Positions 57,801 to 64,000 of a stretch of 64,000 bases of DNA are shown here, piece by piece (position 1 is the first letter of the stretch; the number at the start of each line of letters is the position of its first letter). Both the position numbers and the translations under genes were made by a program. The DNA lies in NCBI GenBank assembly GCA_963841915.1, contig CAWJEN010000006.1, forward strand, positions 832,001 through 896,000, given 5' to 3'. The notes beneath the pieces were generated by a model that was given only the letters and a program-made list of their open reading frames with translations, was not told the DNA's origin and did no database searches. The stretch comes from an uncultured Planctomycetota bacterium. Its GTDB lineage: Bacteria; Planctomycetota; Phycisphaerae; Tepidisphaerales; Tepidisphaeraceae.

Positions 57801-59639
57801 ATGTCCGACCCCGCCGCCGATCAAACCCCGTCCGCCAGCGAGTACGAGCAGGAACGACGCAAGAAACGCGACACGCTTGTCGAAGCGGGTCAGGACGTTT
57901 ACGGCCGCAGGACCGAGGGCATCAAGCCCATAGACCAGCTCCCGACCCCGACCGAGGCCGAGGGCGGGCCGGTCGTCAAGGTCGCCGGCCGCATTGTGCT
58001 CAAGCGCGACATGGGCAAGCTCTCCTTTCTTACGATTCGAGACGACACAGGCGACGTGCAAATCGGTTTGCAGAAGAACCGTCTCAGCGAAGGTGGGGGG
58101 GAAGGCTGGCTCGTCCGCAACAACCTCGACCTCGGCGACCTCATCGTCTGCGAGGGCGGCATCGGCCTGACCAAGACGGGCCAGCCGACCATCTGGGCCG
58201 ACTCGGTGAGCATGGCCAGCAAGTCGCTCGTCGTCCCGCCGGACAAGCACAAGGGAATGACCGACCCGGAACTGCGGTATCGCCAGCGTTACGTCGACTT
58301 GTGGGCCAACCCCGAGTCGATGGACGTGATGAAGAAGAGGTTCGCGATCATCGACGCGATGCGGAAGTACCTGCGGGATCGCGGGTTCGTGGAGGTCGAG
58401 ACGCCGATGCTCCAGCCGATCCACGGCGGCGCCGCGGCCAGGCCTTTCGAGACGCACCACAACGCGTACGACATCCCGCTGTACCTGCGGATCGCCCCGG
58501 AGCTGTACCTGAAGCGACTGCTCGTGGGCGGCATGCCGAAGGTGTTCGAGATCAACCGCAACTTCCGCAACGAGGGCGTGAGCCCGCGGCACAACCCGGA
58601 GTTCACCATGCTCGAGGCCTACGAGGCCTACGGCAACTGGGAGACGATGGCGGAACTGGTGGAGGACATGATCTGCACGGTGGCGATGGACGTGCTGGGG
58701 ACCACGAAGATCACCCTCGGCGCAAAGTCCGACGCGAGATCCGACGCGAAGTCCGACGCGAAGTCCGACGCGAGCCCCGACCGTGAGGGAGGGGTGTCTG
58801 GAGACGGCGCAGCGACCTCCGACGACGCAGAACCCCTCCCTCACGGTCGGGGCTCGCAATCAGAATCCGACCCCCGCGTCATCGACCTCGGCAAACGACC
58901 GTGGCGACGGGTTGCTCTCGCATCTTTAGTAGAAGAGAAGGAGCAATGGAAGTTCCGCAAAATAGATGTGCGCGTCGACGCCCCGCGTGTTGCGGCCGAG
59001 CTCATTTACCGAAGGATTCAAGGCACGCTCAGCAACCTCGAGAACGTCCAGCTTGTTTCACGCGAGGACGGAACAGACATGACGGAGTGGGTGGCTAACG
59101 AGGCGCGTCGAATCGCGATCGAGTTCTGTAAGAACGAAGAGAAGCCCGAGAACGACAAAGAACCGTTCATCCGCGGCTGGGTCCAGGAGGAATTCGAAGA
59201 GCTTGGGAAGATCTCGCCGGCCGAGCAGCTTGTAGAGGCTTTCGAGAGGCTGATTGAGTCCACGCTGACCGAGCCCACCTACGTCACCCGCGTCCCCTCC
59301 GTCATCATCCCCCTCGCCCGCCCGTGTGAGGATGACGACTACTTCGCCGACGTCTACGAGCTCGCCATCGGCGGGCAGGAGATTTCGCCGGGGTACACGG
59401 AGCTCAACGACCCCGACGTGCAGGCCCGCCTGTTCCGCGAGCAGGCCGTCGAGGACGAGGGCGAACGGCAGAAGGTCGACCACGACTTCCTCCACGCCCT
59501 CAAGGTCGGCATGCCCCCGGCCGGCGGCATGGGTCTCGGCGTCGACCGGCTCGTCATGCTCCTCCTCGGCCAGCCGAGCATCCGAGATGTGCTGGCGTTC
59601 CCGTTGATGAAGCCGAATCAAGAGACGAGCAAGGGGTAA
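57801..59639 (+). CDS. lysS: Lysine--tRNA ligase (class II) with two in-frame insertions
   Basis: AGRI...MGK, RYRQRYVDL, EVETPML, YLRIAPELYLKRL, FRNEG, HNPEFTMLE, GYTELND, GMPPAGGMGLGVDRL. Confidence 0.95.
   Translation: MSDPAADQTPSASEYEQERRKKRDTLVEAGQDVYGRRTEGIKPIDQLPTPTEAEGGPVVKVAGRIVLKRDMGKLSFLTIRDDTGDVQIGLQKNRLSEGGGEGWLVRNNLDLGDLIVCEGGIGLTKTGQPTIWADSVSMASKSLVVPPDKHKGMTDPELRYRQRYVDLWANPESMDVMKKRFAIIDAMRKYLRDRGFVEVETPMLQPIHGGAAARPFETHHNAYDIPLYLRIAPELYLKRLLVGGMPKVFEINRNFRNEGVSPRHNPEFTMLEAYEAYGNWETMAELVEDMICTVAMDVLGTTKITLGAKSDARSDAKSDAKSDASPDREGGVSGDGAATSDDAEPLPHGRGSQSESDPRVIDLGKRPWRRVALASLVEEKEQWKFRKIDVRVDAPRVAAELIYRRIQGTLSNLENVQLVSREDGTDMTEWVANEARRIAIEFCKNEEKPENDKEPFIRGWVQEEFEELGKISPAEQLVEAFERLIESTLTEPTYVTRVPSVIIPLARPCEDDDYFADVYELAIGGQEISPGYTELNDPDVQARLFREQAVEDEGERQKVDHDFLHALKVGMPPAGGMGLGVDRLVMLLLGQPSIRDVLAFPLMKPNQETSKG
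58725..58772 (+). repeat. 4 x 12-bp in-frame tandem repeat
   Basis: AAGTCCGACGCG x4 (second unit AGATCCGACGCG), encoding (K/R)SDA. Confidence 0.9.
58770..58857. repeat. REP-like palindromic element inside lysS
   Basis: Perfect 26-bp inverted repeat GCGAGCCCCGACCGTGAGGGAGGGGT (58770-58795 / 58832-58857), 36-nt loop. Confidence 0.9.
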
Positions 59640-59692
59640 CGAGAGGTGGGTCGGCGTCTGGTTCTCGTTCCTCGTCTCTCGTTCCTCGTCTC
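59622..59692. repeat. Heptamer-based imperfect inverted repeat at the lysS 3' end
   Basis: AGACGAG/TAACGAG units followed by (CTCGTTC CTCGTCT)x2 at 59664-59691. Confidence 0.65.
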
Positions 59693-59701
59693 CTTTCGCA
59701 C

Positions 59702-61315
59702 ATGTACGTCCCGCTCCTCATCCTCCGCTACCTGGCCCGCCGGCGGATCGCTTGGGTGAGCCTCATTGCCGTAATGCTGTGCACGGCGCTCGTACTTGTG
59801 GTCATCAGCGTGATGTCCGGCTGGCTCGACATGTTTCGCGGCACGTTCCGTGGGCTCAGCGGCGACGTCGTAATCCGCTCGCAGGGACTCGTCGGCTTTC
59901 CGTACTACGAGGAGATGGCAGAGCGGCTGGAGTCGATGCCGAACGTCGAGGCAGCCGTGCCGACGATCGAGGCGCTTGGATTGGCGAATATTCAGAACGG
60001 CTTTATCCAGGAGGCGGTCCAGATCACCGGCTTGCCGATTGGCCGCATCGGAGAGGTCAACGGCTTCGTCGACTCGCTTTACCTCAACAACCCGCAGAAC
60101 ACGACTGACAGTCTTTCGGCAGCACTCCGCAACGTAGTCGAAGCCGACGCTGCAGACAATGTCGCCTCTGGCACGTACGACCAAGCTCTTGCCGACGATG
60201 TCGTCGCGGCCCGCATGGCGACGCTCGGCGGATGGGCCGAGCGGCGGGGCACAAAAGCGAGCTTTGATCTGCCTTGGGATGCCGACACGTATCGTGACGG
60301 CCTTGCAAGCCAGGGCACACGGGCACGGCGTGGGCCGGACGCCTCGACCTACCCCGGCCTCATCGTCGGTACCGGTGTCATCGGTATGCGGCAGACTGCA
60401 CCCCGCTGGACCGGCCTGTGGCCAGACAGCCCGGTGCCTGTCAAAATGCTCCTGCTCTCGGCCGACCCACGGGGCGGCGGCTTTGATCTGGACCAGGATA
60501 AGGCAGAGTTCACCGGCTGGATCGTCGACAATTCCCGCACCGGCGTGTTCGGGACCGACTCCAACGCCATCTACGCCGACTTCGACTATCTGCAACAGCA
60601 GCTTCGCATGACCGCCAGCGAGGCCTACCCCGACGGCTTCGACGCCGACGGCAACCCGGTCGGTGAGCCCGTCGCCGTTCCCGCCCGCACGAGCAAGCTG
60701 CACCTTAAACTCGCCCCCGGCGTCGACCCGGACACGATGGTCGCAGCCGTCGACGATGTGGTCTACGACGTACTGAACAAGCGTGGAGCGCCATCTGAGG
60801 TCGCCCGAATTCGCGTCGAAACATGGGACAATCAGCCGACCGTGGGCCAGTTTCTCGCAGCAGTCGAGAAGGAGCGGGCGCTGATCGTCATTCTCTTCAG
60901 CTTCGTCAGCGTCGTGGCCGTCTTCCTGATCCTGTGCATCTTCTACATGATCGTGAAGGAGAAGACGCGAGACATCGGCATTCTCAAAAGCGTGGGCGCG
61001 ACGAGCGCTGGAATTGCCAGCATCTTCCTCGGCTACGGGGCTGCCATCGGCGTTCTCGGCGGGGCATTGGGCATCCTGGCGGGCTCGATCTTCGTCTGGA
61101 ACATCAACGGCGTCCACGACGCCATCGGACTCGTCACCGGCTTCGAAATGTGGTCGGCTGAGACGTATATGTTCGACAAGATCCCCAACACCGTTCGACC
61201 GCTCGAAGCGTCGCTGATCTTCGTCGCTGCAGTGATCAGCAGCATCATCGGCGCGGTCGTGCCGGCGATCCTCGCGGCAGTGCAACGGCCGGTCACTTCA
61301 CTCAGGTTCGAATAG
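59702..61315 (+). CDS. Lipoprotein-releasing ABC transporter permease (LolC/E family)
   Basis: LRYL, VISVMSG, MIVKEKTRDIGILKSVGA, P...A...PV.SLRFE. Confidence 0.88.
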   Translation: MYVPLLILRYLARRRIAWVSLIAVMLCTALVLVVISVMSGWLDMFRGTFRGLSGDVVIRSQGLVGFPYYEEMAERLESMPNVEAAVPTIEALGLANIQNGFIQEAVQITGLPIGRIGEVNGFVDSLYLNNPQNTTDSLSAALRNVVEADAADNVASGTYDQALADDVVAARMATLGGWAERRGTKASFDLPWDADTYRDGLASQGTRARRGPDASTYPGLIVGTGVIGMRQTAPRWTGLWPDSPVPVKMLLLSADPRGGGFDLDQDKAEFTGWIVDNSRTGVFGTDSNAIYADFDYLQQQLRMTASEAYPDGFDADGNPVGEPVAVPARTSKLHLKLAPGVDPDTMVAAVDDVVYDVLNKRGAPSEVARIRVETWDNQPTVGQFLAAVEKERALIVILFSFVSVVAVFLILCIFYMIVKEKTRDIGILKSVGATSAGIASIFLGYGAAIGVLGGALGILAGSIFVWNINGVHDAIGLVTGFEMWSAETYMFDKIPNTVRPLEASLIFVAAVISSIIGAVVPAILAAVQRPVTSLRFE

Positions 61316-61323
61316 TTTTACCC

Positions 61324-61470
61324 GAGGAACGCGAAGGGGCGAAGAGGCGAAGGACCGCGAAGGTCAGAGAGGAGATGGGGTGGCACTTCTCGATGGACGA
61401 AGCTCTTTGATCCAATGCCTCACTTCTCTGCCTTCGCGGTCCTTCGCCTTTTCGTCCCTTCGCGTTCCTC
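61324..61470. repeat. Long intergenic hairpin built from GCGAAG units
   Basis: About 48-bp arms (61324-61372 / 61423-61470); the substitutions give G-U pairs on the + strand. Confidence 0.85.
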
Positions 61471-61485
61471 CGACTCCGCCGCCCG

Positions 61486-62174
61486 ATGCTCCTCCAAGCC
61501 GCCAATCTCACGAAGCAGTTTCGCATGGGCGAGGAGACCGTCCGCGTGCTCGACGGGCTCGATCTTGCCGTCGAGGCCGGCGAATTTGTGGCCATCGAAG
61601 GTAGAAGCGGCGAGGGCAAGTCGACGCTCTTGCACCTGCTGGGCCTGCTCGACCGGGCCGATTCGGGAACGATCCACTTCGACAACACGGACCTCGGCCG
61701 CGTTTCCAACGGCGCCGCCGCCCGGACACGCAACGCCGCCTTCGGCTTTGTCTTCCAGTTCTACCACCTGCTCCCGGAGCTCGATGTGCTGGGCAACACG
61801 TTGACGAGTTCTCTCATCGCCAACGGCCCGTTCGGCTACCGCCGCCGACGCAAGGATTTGCACGATCGCGCTCGTGGCCTGCTCGACGCCTTCGGCATGA
61901 GCCACCGCCTGCACCACCGACCCAGCCAACTTTCGGGCGGCGAACGTCAGCGCGTCGCCATCGCGCGAGCTCTGATGAACAAGCCGCGCGTGCTGTTCGC
62001 CGACGAACCGACGGGCAACCTCGACGCAGCCACCGGTAAGCAGATCATGGACGTCATCGCCGCCCTGCATCGCGACGAGGATCAGACAATCGTGATGGTC
62101 ACCCACGATCGCAGCCTCGCCAAGACCGCCGACCGCGCCTCTTGCTCCGTGAGGGCAAACTCGTCGCGGCGTAG
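61486..62174 (+). CDS. lolD: Lipoprotein-releasing ABC transporter ATP-binding protein; 1-bp frameshift near 62138
   Basis: GRSGEGKST, GFVFQFYHLL, LSGGERQR, ADEPTGNLD, VTHD. Adding one C gives the normal end ADRALLLREGKLVAA*. Confidence 0.9.
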
Positions 62175-62182
62175 TCTCAGTC

Positions 62183-63040
62183 ATGGCCTTCAAGATCTGG
62201 ATCGACGGTGTGCTCTTCGACCGCGACGACGCCAAAATCAGCGTCTTCGATCACGGCCTGCTCTACGGCGACGGCGTCTTCGAAGGAATCCGGGCGTACA
62301 ACGGCAAGATCTTCGAGGAACAGCAGCACCTTGACCGGCTCTACGAGTCGGCCCGCAGCATCCGCCTGGAGATTCCGTACACGAAGGACGAGCTGTCACA
62401 GGTCATGTATGACCTCTTCGAGACGAACGGTCTAACCGACGCTTACGTGCGGCTGGTCGTGACACGCGGCGTCGGTGACCTTGGCTTGGACCCCAAAAAG
62501 TGTCCGAAGCCGACCGTCTTCTGCATCGCGTCGACGATCAAGCTGTACCCCGAAGCGCTGTACGAGAACGGCCTGAAGGTCATCACGGCCAGCCATTGCA
62601 AAAATCACCCCAATGCGACGCCGCCGCGGGTGAAGAGCCTGAATTACCTCAACAGCGTGCTGGGCAAGATCGAGGCCAATGACGCGGGTTGTCCTGAGGC
62701 GATCATGCTCAACCACATGGGCTTCGTGGCAGAGTGCACGGCTGATAACATCTTCATCGTCAAGGACGGCGTCGTCAGCACGCCACCGGCCGAGGCGGGC
62801 ATTCTCGAAGGCATCACGCGCGGCGTCGTCATGAAGCTGTGCGAGCAGCACGGCATCGAGCTGCGCGAGCGAAATCTGGTGCGTCACGACCTGTACGTCG
62901 CCGACGAATGCTTCCTGACCGGCACGGCGGCGGAGGTCATCGGCGTGGTCAGCATCGACGGCCGACCGGTGGGTGACGGCAAGCCGGGACCCGTCGCAAA
63001 GCGGCTCAAAGAGGCCTTCCACAGTTATGCCCGCGGCTGA
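62183..63040 (+). CDS. ilvE: Branched-chain amino acid aminotransferase
   Basis: DHGLLYGDGVFEG, KSLNYLN, ECTADNIF, LEGITR, ADECFLTGTAAEV. Confidence 0.93.
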   Translation: MAFKIWIDGVLFDRDDAKISVFDHGLLYGDGVFEGIRAYNGKIFEEQQHLDRLYESARSIRLEIPYTKDELSQVMYDLFETNGLTDAYVRLVVTRGVGDLGLDPKKCPKPTVFCIASTIKLYPEALYENGLKVITASHCKNHPNATPPRVKSLNYLNSVLGKIEANDAGCPEAIMLNHMGFVAECTADNIFIVKDGVVSTPPAEAGILEGITRGVVMKLCEQHGIELRERNLVRHDLYVADECFLTGTAAEVIGVVSIDGRPVGDGKPGPVAKRLKEAFHSYARG

Positions 63041-63058
63041 TAATCGGGCCTCTGACGG

Positions 63059-63086
63059 TTGACAAGGGGTTTTGAACCGGTAGAAC
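63059..63086 (+). promoter_or_regulatory. Sigma70-type promoter of the Hc1 gene
   Basis: TTGACA (63059-64), 16-nt spacer, TAGAAC (63081-86). Confidence 0.6.
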
Positions 63087-63160
63087 ACTCAATCGACAAT
63101 TTGCGGCCGGCGGGTGGCTAGCCGCACGATTCACTCCAACAGACCAAGAGAAAGCAAGAC

Positions 63161-63343
63161 ATGACCCTGAGCGAAAGCTACGAGCAACTGCGTCAACTCA
63201 TCAACGAGGGCGAAGACGACGTCAAGAAGTGCGAAGGCGGCAACAAGGCGGCCGGCACGCGTGTCCGCAAGCGTCTGCAGGACGTCAAGAACCACTCGCA
63301 GGAGATGCGCAAGCTCGTCCTGGAGCAGCGTAGCGACGACTGA
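63161..63343 (+). CDS. Histone H1-like nucleoid protein (Hc1 family)
   Basis: GNKAAGTRVRK motif, 60 aa. Confidence 0.85.
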   Translation: MTLSESYEQLRQLINEGEDDVKKCEGGNKAAGTRVRKRLQDVKNHSQEMRKLVLEQRSDD

Positions 63344-63377
63344 ATTCGCGTTTCAGGCGCATTGCCTAGAACATGGC

Positions 63378-63412
63378 CCGCCGCCGACTTCGCGTCGGCG
63401 GCGGTCTTGTTT
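63378..63412 (+). terminator. Rho-independent terminator
   Basis: CCGCCGCCGAC-TTCGC-GTCGGCGGCGG then TCTTGTTT. Confidence 0.7.
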
Positions 63413-63441
63413 CACGCTTCACCCCTTTCCGACACACGCTC

Positions 63442-63909
63442 ATGCCGCCCGCGCTGCTTTTTGATCTGTCCGCCGTCGATCTCGACGCCACCTTGCACGA
63501 TCAGGAACACATTCGTCAGTACAACCCCCAACGGGGCGACATGGAGCACCTCGACGCGATTGTCTGGAAAGACAATGGCCGCATACTGGGTCGTAAGTTC
63601 ATCCGCGACGACGAGTTCTGGGTCGCCGGCCACATCCCGGGTCGGCCGATTCTGCCCGGCGTCATCATGCTCGAAGCCGCGGCACAGGTCAGCAGCTATC
63701 TGACGGCAACGTACGTCGGCTGGGACGGCTTCATCGGATTCGGCGGGCTCGAGGACGTCAAGTTCCGCAGTGCCGTCGTGCCCGGTGACACGCTTTACAT
63801 CCTGTGTGAGCTCATCGACAAGCGGCACCGACGCATCCGGGCCAAGATCCAGGGCATGGTCAAGGGCAACATCGTCTTCGAGGCGATCATCATCGGCACC
63901 CGCATGTGA
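63442..63909 (+). CDS. fabZ: 3-hydroxyacyl-ACP dehydratase (FabA/FabZ family)
   Basis: NPQR, GHIPGRPILPGVIMLEAAAQ, KFR..VVPGD. Confidence 0.8.
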   Translation: MPPALLFDLSAVDLDATLHDQEHIRQYNPQRGDMEHLDAIVWKDNGRILGRKFIRDDEFWVAGHIPGRPILPGVIMLEAAAQVSSYLTATYVGWDGFIGFGGLEDVKFRSAVVPGDTLYILCELIDKRHRRIRAKIQGMVKGNIVFEAIIIGTRM

Positions 63910-63914
63910 TGCGA

Positions 63915-64000
63915 TCAGGCAGCGACACCGAAGAGGGCACCGACGCCCGCGGTGAGTGCCATAGCAAAGATGCCCCAGAAGGTGACCCGGGCTGCCCCGC
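63915..64000 (-). CDS. C-terminus of a VIT1/CCC1-family transporter (partial)
   Basis: Manual translation GAARVTFWGIFAMALTAGVGALFGVAA*. Confidence 0.6.
   Translation of the reverse strand, partial: GAARVTFWGIFAMALTAGVGALFGVAA

Noticed and set aside
58930..59260. lysS insertions as an intein or self-splicing intron
   Set aside because: No N-terminal Cys/Ser with C-terminal His-Asn intein motifs, too short, and no group I/II intron features; the frame is continuous

Overview
GC-rich bacterial chromosome segment, most likely from a planctomycete (Phycisphaerae-like): it carries the PVC small basic signature protein, DUF4058, DUF1570, a Planctomycete LExRxLL secreted protease and a PEP-CTERM/exosortase system. 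Content is mostly core and accessory genes. These include an SNF2 helicase, a LysM L,D-transpeptidase, pyrD, rsmA, a TPR-vWA-ExbB-ExbD-ExbD-TPR cluster, glmM-mcsA-mcsB and sugar catabolism genes (GH30-like, FGE, rhaI, GH2). There is also an exosortase/EpsI/Wzc/priming-GT/TPR/rfbD exopolysaccharide locus, pilT, a group 2 Mrp antiporter operon, tRNA-Ser(GGA), lysS-lolC/E-lolD-ilvE, Hc1 and fabZ. Notable structure beyond the genes: (1) six parS palindromes, four of them in two copies of a diverged 285-bp element with terminal inverted repeats and identical 67-bp parS spacing, 36 kb apart; (2) lysS with two in-frame insertions (tandem repeat plus perfect 26-bp palindrome, and an AT-richer cassette), next to two further repeat-hairpin families; (3) TAnnnT hexamers 5-8 nt before many start codons, suggesting widespread leaderless transcription. 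Three single-base frameshifts at short homopolymers (pyrD, GH30-like, lolD) are probably sequencing or assembly errors. All calls are by eye from motifs; no database searches were run.
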